Below the pieces are notes generated by a model. It ran no database searches. It saw only the letters and a program-made list of their open reading frames with translations, and was not told where the DNA came from. A stretch of DNA of 64,000 nt, from positions 34,587 to 98,586 of the forward strand of contig CAVPHA010000015.1 in the NCBI GenBank assembly GCA_963704125.1, in the 5' to 3' direction. Below are positions 52,061 to 61,816 of the stretch, one piece after another. A program made the position numbers and the translations under genes. Source of the stretch: an uncultured Acidobacteriota bacterium (GTDB taxonomy: Bacteria > Acidobacteriota > Thermoanaerobaculia > Thermoanaerobaculales > Sulfomarinibacteraceae). Within the stretch, counting starts at the first letter, position 1; every line of letters starts with the position of its first letter.

Positions 52061-52941
52061 CTACCCGACTTCAGCCGCCACTCGGCGGCCCCGTCGGCCG
52101 ACCATCGTCCTCGCTCTCCTCGAGGCTCTCGAGACCTTCCCACGTCGTCGTCTTCGTCGTCGAACTCGGGCAGGCTCGGCTCGATCCCCCGGGCCGCGTT
52201 GATTCGCCAGCCCCAGAGGATCGAGTACTTCATATAGGCGCTGTAGGCCTGCAGCGCGCAGAAGACCAGACCGCGCCCGCCATCGAGGATGCCGAGCTGG
52301 ATGATGTAGGTGCGAAAGAACCTCCACAGGGGACGAAACGCAACCTCGAGCGCAGCCGGGCGTCTTGCCGTCCCGCCACCCCTGAGCGGCGCCCCAGTAG
52401 CCGTACTTGGCGAGTCGAAAGGCGTACTCGTCAAAACTCCGGTCCACCATGTGGTGTTCCATGGAGTTCTTGAGGATCGGGGCTTCGCCCCCGGTGTGGA
52501 GCAGCGAGTGGACTCGGCGGTTCTCGTAGTAGGCGGTTCCGGTTCTGAACAACCGAGCCACCCGATCCCGCTGCCAGCCCGAGTACTCTGATCCGCTTGC
52601 CGAGAAAGTAGACATCCCGGTTGATGGTGTATGCGTTGTGCTCCGGCCCGCGAGCGAGCAGATCCTCGATCTCGCGTGCGAGAGCCGGGGTGCAACGCTC
52701 GTCGGAGTCGAGGAGGAAGACCCACTCAAACCGGACATGCTTCAGCGCCCAGTTCTTCTGGGCCCCGGCGCCGAAGTAGGTGCGTTCGAAAAACCGCACC
52801 TTGTCGTAGCTCTGAGCGATCTCGGGGTGTCCGATCGGTGGAGAACGAGTCGACCACGATGATCTCGTCGCACCACAGGAGCGACTCGATACAGGCACCG
52901 ATGTTGTGCTCCTCGTTGAAACAGGTGACGAGACCGCTCAC
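52061..52941 (-). CDS. Family 2 glycosyltransferase, about 4 frame interruptions
   Basis: GTG 52941: VSGLVTCFNEEHNIGACIESLLWCDEIIVVDSFSTDRTPEIA...FLLDSDERCTPAL...NRRVHSLLHTGG...WRFFRTYIIQLGILDGGRGLVFCAL. Both ends are uncertain. Confidence 0.7.
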
Positions 52942-53167
52942 CTTCGGCCGGGTTCTGCCGTCGTCCAGGGTCTGTCGTCTCAGGCTTGGGGATCCATGGT
53001 TCTCCGTCGCACGATCGATCAGAGCTCTCTCCGAATGGATGCCACAGATTGTTTCGGCTCCGCGCTTCCATCTCGGCGAAATGCTAACACATGCCGGTAC
53101 TTCGGTTGGCGGCCGGAGCTCAGCACCGAAAGCGACAAATATCACTGAATCAGCACCTCTCGGGGGT

Positions 53168-53884
53168 ATGATGGAAAGGATGGGCAGTTTTCAGCAGACA
53201 TGTCCTCGTCATCGGCGCCAAGAGCGACGCCCTGGATCGCATCGCACCCATGTTGCGGCGCGCCGAGTTCAACGTCCACACCGCCGAACCGTCACCGGTG
53301 GTCTTCGATCTCGTCCTCGGCACCTCCTTCGAGCTCGTTCTGGTGAGCTATCCGCTGCGAGGATCTTGATCTCGACGACTTCATCGACGCCCTTCGCAGG
53401 GATGGGTCCTGGTGCCGGAAGGCCGCGCTCGTTCTCCTTGCCGAGCCCGATCACCTCGACGATGCGCTGCGCACTGGTGGATCTCGGTGTCAATCGCGCC
53501 GTCGGCCTCGACTGGCCGGAGGGTCGTCTTCACCAGGCCATCGCGGATCTTCTCGAGGTCGCGCCGAGGATCTCGCTTCGGGTGCTGGTTCACCTCAAGG
53601 TCGAGATCACGGACCAATCCAAAAGAGCCCTCTATCAGACCGTCAACGTCTCTCGAACAGGGATGCTCCTCCGCGGAGACGACCAGGATCTCGATCCGGG
53701 GACGCGATTCAGCTTCTTCTTCGGCATCCCCGACGGTCGACGGCTGGTCGAGGGGACCGGCGAGGTCGTCCGGAGAACCAACCCGATCCGCGAAGGCACC
53801 GCGGGTCTCGGCATCCGTTTCATCCGGATCGCCGGCGAAGGCGAGGAACAACTCGAGAGCTTTGTGAAGCGGAATCAGCGGTGA
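53168..53884 (+). CDS. Receiver-like domain + PilZ domain protein (c-di-GMP binding candidate), about 3 frame interruptions
   Basis: HVLVIGAKSDALDRIAPMLRRAEFNVHTAE...LVLVSYPL (REC-like, no obvious phospho-Asp pocket checked). PilZ motifs RISLR (RxxxR) and NVSRTG (D/NxSxxG), then GLGIRF. Confidence 0.65.
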   Translation: MMERMGSFQQTCPRHRRQERRPGSHRTHVAARRVQRPHRRTVTGGLRSRPRHLLRARSGELSAARILISTTSSTPFAGMGPGAGRPRSFSLPSPITSTMRCALVDLGVNRAVGLDWPEGRLHQAIADLLEVAPRISLRVLVHLKVEITDQSKRALYQTVNVSRTGMLLRGDDQDLDPGTRFSFFFGIPDGRRLVEGTGEVVRRTNPIREGTAGLGIRFIRIAGEGEEQLESFVKRNQR

Positions 53885-53899
53885 GCCCGCAGCTCACCA

Positions 53900-54016
53900 G
53901 TTCTTAATTCTTAATTCTTAATTCTTAATTATTCATCGCACGCTCATCGTCCGCAATGGCCTTGCGTGACTTCTGTGCGCTGAATTAAGAATTCAGAATT
54001 AAGAATTGAGAATTCA
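53900..54016. repeat. Heptad-periodic palindromic element E13 (AT-rich TTCTTAA subfamily)
   Basis: (ttcttaa)4 ttatt CATCGCA cgctcatcgtccgcaatggccttgcgtgacttctg TGCGCTG aattaag aattcag aattaag aattgag aattc. Same subfamily as 7498-7594. Confidence 0.8.
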
Positions 54017-54048
54017 TCTCGCGTCGACTTCGCGGCAGGCCTATACAG

Positions 54049-55236
54049 CTATCTTTTCGGCAGCAGAAAGTAGAGTTCCCCGAGGTGTTTGGTCCGACCG
54101 GCGAGCTCACCGGCCTCGTCTCCCTGACCGAAGAAGAGATCAACCCGGCCGGGGCCGCGGATCGAACCGCCCGTGTCCTGATTGAGTACGAATCGTGAGA
54201 TGGGCACCTCTCCGCCTTCGGCGGTCGGCATCACGGCATTGATCCAGGCCATCACCGGCGCCGGGAAGAGCCTCCGGTCGGTGGCGATGGATCGGCCGCC
54301 GGTCACCGGTTCTCCGTAGCATCCCAGCGGACCGCCATCGGCCGGAAGCGCTCGGAAGAAGACATACGACGGGTTGTAGCTCAGCACCCGACGCAACTCA
54401 TCCGGATGCTCGTCCAGATAGGCGCGAATCGCCTGCATGGACATCTCCTCGCGACTGACGAGACCGTCATCGATGAGCAGACGCCCGATGGATCGATACG
54501 GCCGGCCGTTGGTGTGTGCGTACCCGGCCCGCACTCTCCCGCCGTCGGGGAAGACCAGAGTGCCCGAACCCTGGACGTGGAGAAAGAATGCATCCACCGG
54601 GTCGTCGACATAGCCCATCACTTCGACCCGGCCGGCAGGCCGGCGCCGAAGTCGATGGCATCGCGCTCGTGGTAGGGCACCAGCATTCGCCCGTCGACTC
54701 GACCGACGAGGCGCGAGCGGGTCGGTCTCGACGCCGAAATCGCCGAGATCGACGGTGATGAGGTCGTCCGGAACACCGTAGATCGGGTGTTCGAAAGATC
54801 TCGGAGCCTTCACTGCGGGCATCGAGCAGACGGTTCGTAGTACCCGTGAAGAAGACCTCGCCCCGGCCATCGCGGCCCACCGATCGCAAGCAGAAGGAAC
54901 TCCTCCTGAAGACGCCGGCGGTCCTTCCTCGGCCGCGGCAGCGGCGATGATCTCGCACGCTCGCCGCACCCCGGCTCGCGAGTTCGGCCGCCGATCGCTC
55001 GACCGGTCCCGAAATCGAAGACCCGATCAGGGGAACCCGTTCGAGATAGGCGATGGACGGCCCGCACGCCGCCTCGAGGCTCTCCGGATCGAGAGTCGTC
55101 GGCGAGGGAGGGCCAGTCGTCGACAGGAACGATCTCCAGGGGAACCACCGGCGGCGGCTCGACCGGTCTCGTGAACACAGCCGCCGATCAGCGACGAGCA
55201 CGCCGTCGACGGCGACCAGCGAGTCGGGTTACGCAT
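54049..55236 (-). CDS. mltA: Membrane-bound lytic murein transglycosylase A (MltA family), about 5 frame interruptions
   Basis: ORF 54049-54969 holds MGYVDDPVDAFFLHVQGSGTLVFPDGGRVRAGYAHTNGRPYRSIGRLLIDDG...VFFRAL...GRSIATD...NQDTGGSIRGPGRVDLFFG (MltA + 3D domain). FTGYYEP lies upstream in another frame. The start at 55236 is tentative. Confidence 0.8.
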
Positions 55237-56315
55237 CTCGTCGATCCCGCCGCGGGAAGTTCCTTCACGTACACATCCTGCTTGGGATAGGGGATCTCGA
55301 TCCCGGCGTGCTGCGAACGCCTTGTAGACCCTTCGGTTGAGCTCGTCGAGCACCCGGCCGCGATAGAGGGGTTGTTCGATCCAGGCAAGCAGTTCGAAGT
55401 CGAGGCCGGAGTCGCCGAAGGTCCGAAACCGAACCCGCGGCGCGGGTTCGCCGACCAGATAGCGGCGCATCCTCGCTGCACGACCGAGCAGCACATCACG
55501 GACCTGATCCACATCACTGCCGTAGGCCGCCGAGACCTTGACCCGAACCCGCATCTTGTCGTGCGGACCGCCGGTTTCGTTGACGATGCGACCGTTGCCG
55601 ATGACCGCGTTGGGCACGGTCACCTCGACATCGTCCCGGTCAGAATCCGGGTCGATCGAATCCCGATCTCCTGAACCTCACCGCGCAGACCACCGTCGAG
55701 AACGACAAAATCACCCACCTTGTAGGGTGCATCGGCGAGGATGAAGACCCCGGAGAAGAGATTCGCCAGGGTGTCCTTGGCGGCAAAACCGACGGCGATC
55801 CCGACGATCCCCGCCGATGCCAGCCACGAGGTCAAGGGCACATTCCACGCGACGCAGATGAAATAGACACCGGCGCCGACGACCAGGAACTTCGCCACCA
55901 TGTCGAGCAGCGGCACCGTCTTCGGCTGGATCCAATGAAAACGATCGACGTTGCGGCTCAGCGCCTCGAGCACCACCTTGCTCGACCGCAACAGGGCAAT
56001 GCTCCACATCACGATGATCAGGGTCGACAAGAAACCCTTGATCGCCAGATCGACCGTCTCGGGGAGATGAAGCGGGATCTCAGCCAGCCAGAATCCACCA
56101 AAGACAAAAGACCAGAAGATCGGTCCCTTGAGGATCGCCGCGATCTTGTCATCGACATCGGTGTCGGTGCACTTGGTCAGCCGGTGGACCAGGTGCCGGA
56201 AGGTGAAACGGGCGATGAACGCCACCAAAATCGCAGCAACGAAAATCGCCGCTGCACGTTGGTTCGGCGATTCGGGAAGGTAGGGGATTCGGGCGAGCAG
56301 TGTGTTCATGTCCAT
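55188..56315 (-). CDS. mscS: Small-conductance mechanosensitive channel (MscS family), about 2-3 frame interruptions in the C-terminal half
   Basis: ATG 56315. TM region, then SAGIVGIAVGFAAKDTLANLFSGVFILADAPYKVGDFVVLDG..GEVQEIGIRSTRILT; DDVEVTVPNAVIGNGRIVN; IEIPYPKQDVYV in other frames. Confidence 0.8.
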
Positions 56316-56422
56316 GCTGAGTACATCCTCACCGGGAGTTCATCGGATCTCGTTTCGTGATCAGTATAGGGCGCGCAGGAGAATCGTCCGCCGACATCCG
56401 CCGATCGACGTGTCATGATGAA

Positions 56423-57769
56423 ATGGCGATGATCGAATTTGGAGGGCGCGGTTTGAATCCAAGGGACTTCACCCGGAAGCTGATCCGCTGGACGGCGATC
56501 GGTATCGGCGCCCTCGTCGTGACCTCGGCCCTGGGCTCCTTCGCACTGCATACCTACGGCGCCTACCGGCTCGACCGTGCACGAACGGATTTCAGCGCGA
56601 GCTGGGGGCATCTCGCACTCTCCAGGCCTGCTGCACCGGTCCCCGACGACGAGAACGGCGCCCGGTGGCTGGTGGCGGGCGGGGACGCCATCGTGTGTTC
56701 GGATGAAGACCGGAGGTTCTACGGTCAGCTTTCGGACCGGCCGGCGGCGGAGTGGACCGACGCGGAGCGGTCCCGTGCCCGGTGGATTCTCCACGAGCAA
56801 CAGAACGCGCTCGGAATCCTCCTTCGTTCGGGAACCTGCGAGACCTTCAACCTCGGCTCCGACGGTCTTCGCCCAAGCTATGAAACGGTTGAATTTTCGA
56901 GCATCGTGATGGGTGTCCGTCTTCTCGTGCTCGAGGCCCGCCTGGCCTGGAGCGAGGGCCGCACGGCCGACGCATTGGCGGCGCTCGACGCGGCAGGCCG
57001 GTCTGCCGACGGCCTCCTGCAGACGCCGATTGTGATGGTCTCGACCATCGGCTCGGCCGCCGACAGATGGGTGGCGGCAGTGGCGACGGCTATCGTCAGC
57101 GATCCCTCCGCCAGCGCGGCGACGCTGCGAAACCTCCGGGCGATCCTGCCTTCAGTAGACCCGGTCCAGAGCACCAATATGACCTTCGCAATTTCCATCG
57201 CAGAGCTCGCCGACGAGGGGTTCCAGTACATCGAGGAATCCTTCGATCCCTCCATGGGCTGGGCCGTTCCCTTCTGGATCTCCAATCACTATCTCTTGGA
57301 GGACCTCTACCTTGCCGAAGTCCTCGAGGGCTGGCGGCGTTTTCTCGAGATCGGCAAGACGCCGGCGGCTCTCTGGTCCCCGGACGCCATCCGTGAGATC
57401 TGGGAAGACCCCTCGTGGCCGCAATGGCTGGCCATGACCGGGGCCTACACCCCGAACCTGCTGCCCGCGACAGCCCGGGCGCAGGCGGCGTCCACCGAAC
57501 TCCAGCAACTCGAGCTTGCGATCGAACTCCGGTTGGCATCGCCCGGGGGACTCGGCCCGGATGCCTGCGAGCTCATCAGCGAGACCCGGCCGACCGCCCT
57601 GACCGGAGAACCGATCGACTGCCGATTCGACGACATTCGGTGTCTGATCGTCATCGAAGCCCCGGGCGCCGAGCACGCACTGAGCCCGTTCGTCCCACCT
57701 CAAAGCAAGGCTGCGCAGATTCGACCCATAGAGATCCCGGTCACGCTTGGCGGCACCGGTTGTGAATGA
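56423..57769 (+). CDS. Hypothetical membrane-anchored protein (single N-terminal TM, helical ectodomain)
   Basis: ATG 56423, 448 codons uninterrupted. TM WTAIGIGALVVTSALGSFAL. The rest is Ala/Leu/Trp-rich with no motif I recognise. Confidence 0.5.
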   Translation: MAMIEFGGRGLNPRDFTRKLIRWTAIGIGALVVTSALGSFALHTYGAYRLDRARTDFSASWGHLALSRPAAPVPDDENGARWLVAGGDAIVCSDEDRRFYGQLSDRPAAEWTDAERSRARWILHEQQNALGILLRSGTCETFNLGSDGLRPSYETVEFSSIVMGVRLLVLEARLAWSEGRTADALAALDAAGRSADGLLQTPIVMVSTIGSAADRWVAAVATAIVSDPSASAATLRNLRAILPSVDPVQSTNMTFAISIAELADEGFQYIEESFDPSMGWAVPFWISNHYLLEDLYLAEVLEGWRRFLEIGKTPAALWSPDAIREIWEDPSWPQWLAMTGAYTPNLLPATARAQAASTELQQLELAIELRLASPGGLGPDACELISETRPTALTGEPIDCRFDDIRCLIVIEAPGAEHALSPFVPPQSKAAQIRPIEIPVTLGGTGCE

Positions 57770-57777
57770 GCGCTGCG

Positions 57778-57866
57778 GGAACCGTTAGGAAGTTAGGAGG
57801 TTAGAAGGTTAGAGACGTGAGAATGGAAATTCCGTCTCGTCCAAGCTTCTCACGTCCTCACTTCCC
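57778..57866. repeat. Heptad-periodic element E14 (GTTAGGA subfamily, asymmetric arms)
   Basis: gggaac cgttagg aagttagg aggttag aaggttag agacgtgag aatgg - aaattccgtctcgt - ccaagcttctcacgtcctcacttccc. GACGTGAGAA / TTCTCACGTC pair. Confidence 0.6.
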
Positions 57867-57901
57867 GACGCCTGCAGTCCAGTCTCTGGGGACTGCGGCG
57901 G

Positions 57902-59167
57902 TTACCGCACCATCACCATCGACAACCACGGCCAATAGGTGATGACCAGGACGCAGGCGAAGAGGATGAGCAGCCACGGCAGGGTGGCCCGGTAGAGGGT
58001 GACGATGGGCTTGTCGAAACGGTAGGAGGCGATGAAGAGGTTCATCCCCACCGGCGGGGTGCAGTAGCCGATCTGCATGTTGGCGAGGAAGATCATCCCG
58101 AGGTGGATGGGCTCGATCCCGTAGCCGGCCGCCAGCGGCAGCAGCAACGGCACCACGATGATCAGCGCCGAGAAGACGTCGAGCATGGTCCCGAGCACGA
58201 GCAGGAAGATGTTGAGTAGGATCAGGAAGGTCAGCTTCGACGACACGTGCGCGGTGACGAAGTCGAAGAGCTTCATCGGAATCTGGGCGTCGATCATGGC
58301 GTTGGTCGAGGCCAGCGAGGCGCCGAGGATCACGAGGATCCCGCCGACGAGCACCATGGACTCCCGCATGACTCCCGGGAGCGCTTTGAACGGGATCTCC
58401 CGGTAGATGACCATCTCGACGATCAGGACATAGATCACGGTCACCGCCGCCGCCTCGGAGACCGCGAAGAACCCGCTGTAGACCCCGCCGAGGACGATGA
58501 TCGGCAGCGGGATCTCCCAGATGGCGGCGCGGACCGCGGCCGCCGCCTCGCGGGCCGAAAAGGCGGGTCGAGCCGCCGCGCTCTGCTGCAGGAAACGGCC
58601 CTCGCGGAAGCTCCACAGACCGAGGGCGAGGACCATCAAGGAGCCGGGCAGGATGCCGGCGATGAAGAGCCGGTCGACGCTGACCTCGGCGACGATGCCG
58701 TAGAGGATCAGCGGCAGCGACGGCGCGAAGAGCAGACCGAGACTGCCCGAGGTCGTGACCAATCCGAGGCTGAAGTTCTCGCGGTAGCCCGCATCCCGCA
58801 ACGCCGGATAGAGCAGAGCGCCCATGGCGACGATGGTCACCCCCGAGGCTCCGGTAAAGGCGGTGAAGAGGGCGCAGGTCACCAGCGCGATGACCGCGAG
58901 TCCGCCCGGCATCCAGCCGAGCAGTGCGTCGGACAGGCGCACGAGTCGATTGGGCGCTCGGCTCTCACCGAGGATGAAGCCGGCAAAGGTGAAGAGCGGG
59001 ATGGCGAGCAGCACCGGGGTGTCGGCGATGCGGTAGATCTCCATGACCACCGCGATCTGATCGATATCGGCGCGGCCGAAGGCGAAGATCGCACCGGCCG
59101 CGATGACCGCGAAGAGCGGCGCCCCGAGCAGGGCCATCGCCAGCAGGAGGAGACCGGTCAGGATCAC
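57902..59167 (-). CDS. dctM: TRAP transporter large permease DctM
   Basis: GTG 59167 overlaps the dctQ TGA (GTGA). 421 codons, intact. VILTGLLLLAMALLGAPLFAV...IPLFTFAGFILGES...GASGVTIVAMGALLYPAL...LANMQIGYCTPPVGMNLF. Confidence 0.9.
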   Translation of the reverse strand: MILTGLLLLAMALLGAPLFAVIAAGAIFAFGRADIDQIAVVMEIYRIADTPVLLAIPLFTFAGFILGESRAPNRLVRLSDALLGWMPGGLAVIALVTCALFTAFTGASGVTIVAMGALLYPALRDAGYRENFSLGLVTTSGSLGLLFAPSLPLILYGIVAEVSVDRLFIAGILPGSLMVLALGLWSFREGRFLQQSAAARPAFSAREAAAAVRAAIWEIPLPIIVLGGVYSGFFAVSEAAAVTVIYVLIVEMVIYREIPFKALPGVMRESMVLVGGILVILGASLASTNAMIDAQIPMKLFDFVTAHVSSKLTFLILLNIFLLVLGTMLDVFSALIIVVPLLLPLAAGYGIEPIHLGMIFLANMQIGYCTPPVGMNLFIASYRFDKPIVTLYRATLPWLLILFACVLVITYWPWLSMVMVR

Positions 59168-59700
59168 TCGTCGGCCTTCCCGGCAAAACTCCTGCGCAGG
59201 TGAAACCCGGTCAAGAGCAGGTATCGCATGGTGAGCAGCCCGAAGGCGAGCGGCAGGACCGACGCGGTCACCCACAGCGGCACCGAGGCAAAGGCGATTT
59301 CGTCGTAGGCCCGGGCGTCCTTGACGAATCGGAAGGCCTGCCAGGCGAGAAAACCCGACACCGAGGCCGTGAAGAGATCGGTCACCACCCGGATTCTCGA
59401 CCGCCACGGCTCGCCGACAAACCGCGACACCACATCGACATTGATCTGACGGTCGTCGCGGGCGGCGGCCACCGCACCGAGGAATCCGACCCACAGCACC
59501 AGGGCGCGGAGCAGCGGATCTCCCCAGATGATGGCGGTGTCGAAGACGTTGCGGGCGAGAATCTGCCACGCTGCGAGACCGATCATGATCGCGAGCAGGA
59601 TCACCAGCAGCGTATCTTCAAGAGAGCCGAGCCAGCGGAGCACCCGGCCGAATCCGCCCTCGGCTTCCCATGCTCGAGCCGCCGGACGGGACGGATTCAC
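59164..59700 (-). CDS. dctQ: TRAP transporter small permease DctQ
   Basis: GTG 59700 overlaps the dctP TGA. 178 codons. LEDTLLVILLAIMIGLAAWQILARNVF...WGDPLLRALVLWVGFLGAVAAARDDRQINVDVV. Four hydrophobic helices. Confidence 0.8.
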   Translation of the reverse strand: MNPSRPAARAWEAEGGFGRVLRWLGSLEDTLLVILLAIMIGLAAWQILARNVFDTAIIWGDPLLRALVLWVGFLGAVAAARDDRQINVDVVSRFVGEPWRSRIRVVTDLFTASVSGFLAWQAFRFVKDARAYDEIAFASVPLWVTASVLPLAFGLLTMRYLLLTGFHLRRSFAGKADE

Positions 59701-60734
59701 TGGCCTTCCGTAGCCTCCGCCGACGAGTCGGCGTCGACGGCGGCGATCTCGGCCGCGGATCCTCGGCCAGGAGTTCGCGATCAAGTCCGAGCTCCTCGAC
59801 CAATCCGCTCGATGACCGTTTGGCGAGCTCCTGCCACTGCCGTTCGGTGTCGGCCGGTGGTGTGACCGTCACGACTCCCTGTTTCTCGAGGGCGCGCCGG
59901 GCGCCTTCGTTGTCCTGCCGCGCCCGGCGGTCGAGGGTTTCGGTCATCTTGCCCAGAACCTCGTCGACCACCTTCTGGTCGTCTCCGCTCAGGGTCGACC
60001 AGGCGCGATCCGAAATCACCATGCAACCGTAGGTGTAGATCAACAGGACACTTCGATGGCGTACTTGATCTTGGTGAACCACTGCAGCGCGACCGCCGCG
60101 ACCGGCGGACCGCTGACGACATCGACCAGGCCCGTCTGAAGCCCGGTCAGCACATCGGCCAGACCCAGCGGAACCGGCGACAAGAGCGGCCTCCTCGACC
60201 AGCACCCGGCCGACCGGATCGTTCTCCGGGAGCCACGCCTTGCTCCCTTTGAGTTCGGCAAAGGTCGAGGCCTTCTTGGTGGAGTAGATATAGGCGAACC
60301 CACCCTCGATGAATCCAAAGGCGTGGTAACCCGTTGTCAGTCGAGAGCCGGCGATGAGCATGGGATCCATCGTTGCGAGCGAACCGCGTCGACCTCGTCG
60401 TAGGTACTGAAGAGCAGCGGCAGGTTGTAGATCCGGATATCGGAACCACGTGGGCGAAGCTCCCGGCAACGAAAGACCCCGCCGTGCAGCTGGCCGATGC
60501 GCATCTTGCGCAGCACCGCGTCGTCGTCGCCCATGGTCCCGCCCGGGATAGAAGCGGAAGGTGACCCTGCCGTAGGTTCGCTCCGAGATCTCGTCCGCCG
60601 CCTTTTTTGCCTCGGTCATCCAGAACGACCCGTCGGGGGCCACGGTGGCGATCTTGAACTGCGCCGCTTCGGCCGCGGGAGACATGGTGCGCGAGGAGTG
60701 ACGCGAGAAGCAGCGTGAGGATCGAACGTCGCAT
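59697..60734 (-). CDS. dctP: TRAP transporter substrate-binding protein DctP, about 5 frame interruptions
   Basis: ATG 60734: MRRSILTLLL.. signal. FKIATVAPDGSFWMTEAKKAADEISERTYGRVTFRFYPGG.MGDD; GFAYIYSTK...ELKGSKAWLPENDP; ISDRAWSTLSGDDQKVVDE... in three frames. Confidence 0.75.
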
Positions 60735-60737
60735 GAA

Positions 60738-61665
60738 TTACTCCACGAAATAGTCGTCGGATTCGGCCAGCAGGATCCGCGCCTGCGCCTGAGCCATGGA
60801 GTTGAGGAGAACGAGACCCGGGGACATTCGGATCGGCTTCGATGACCTCGAGAAGGAGGCGGTCGTGGAGTTCGCGATCGAAGACCATCCGAGCGTACTC
60901 CTTGGCGAGGAGGACCTTGGTCATGAGGTCCTTGCCCTGGGCCAGTTCGATGGCCCGTTCGAAGTCCTTCCGACCCTGCTCGGGCTTGCCGCCGAGGGCC
61001 GCCGGGATGATGCTGTTGAGGACCCCGAGGTAGGTGTAGGCCGCACCGTCGCGGTAGTCCTCGTCGAGGGCGGTGACCCGCAGCATGATCGCCTCGACCC
61101 GGGCCTTGTCCGCCACCGCAGACCAGTCGGCGCGGTTGACCTGGACCCAGGTCGCCCACGAGACACCGGCGGCGAAGAGGGCCGGCACATGCTTTGCCTG
61201 CGACGCCGTCGATGATGTGCCTGGAATTCGTCGAAGGGCAGCTGCCACGAATCGCAGGTCGCGGGTTCGACCTCACACAGCCCGCGCCAACCATAGCTTC
61301 GGCCTCGCTCGGCGAGCCGCGAGGCCCGTTCCTGATCCTCGACGAAACCGGAGGTGTAGCTCGAGTAGAGCTGGGCGCCGGCGATGAGCAGACCGGTGTT
61401 GTCGGGATCGCCGGCGATCATGGCATCGACCATCAGCAGATAGGCGGGCGCTCCCTGGCGAACCGTCTCGGGATCGTTGTGGTCGAGCACCGCCGAGGTC
61501 AGACCCTCGGTCACCCGCGAGGTCACGGGGGCGATCACCGTCGAGCACCCGGTGAAGAGGCACGACACGACGCCGCCGCAGCCGGAACAGCCGTCCGCGG
61601 ACACCTCGAGCTGGATCGTCGCACTGGAAACTCTCCTCAGACCGATTTGCACGGAGTCCGGCCAT
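60738..61665 (-). CDS. TRAP-associated TatT-like (TPR/T-component) lipoprotein, about 4 frame interruptions
   Basis: LFTGCSTV lipobox-like; DPETVRQGAPAYLLMVDAMIAGDPDN; DGAAYTYLGVLNSIIPAALGGKPEQGRKDFERAIELAQGKDLMTKVLLAKEYARMV; the end LVLLNSMAQAQARILLAESDDYFVE with TAA 3 nt before the dctP ATG. The start is uncertain. Confidence 0.6.
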
Positions 61666-61816
61666 TCACAGGATGGCCGGATTGTACCCCATGTCGCATG
61701 GCGACCGATGTCGATGCGCGGTCTCCGGGAGCGAGATTTACCGGCGAGACCGATCGAATCAGCCTCCCGGGACTCCGAAACCACCCTTGAGGGGCCCGAC
61801 CCGGAACCCGATCGCT

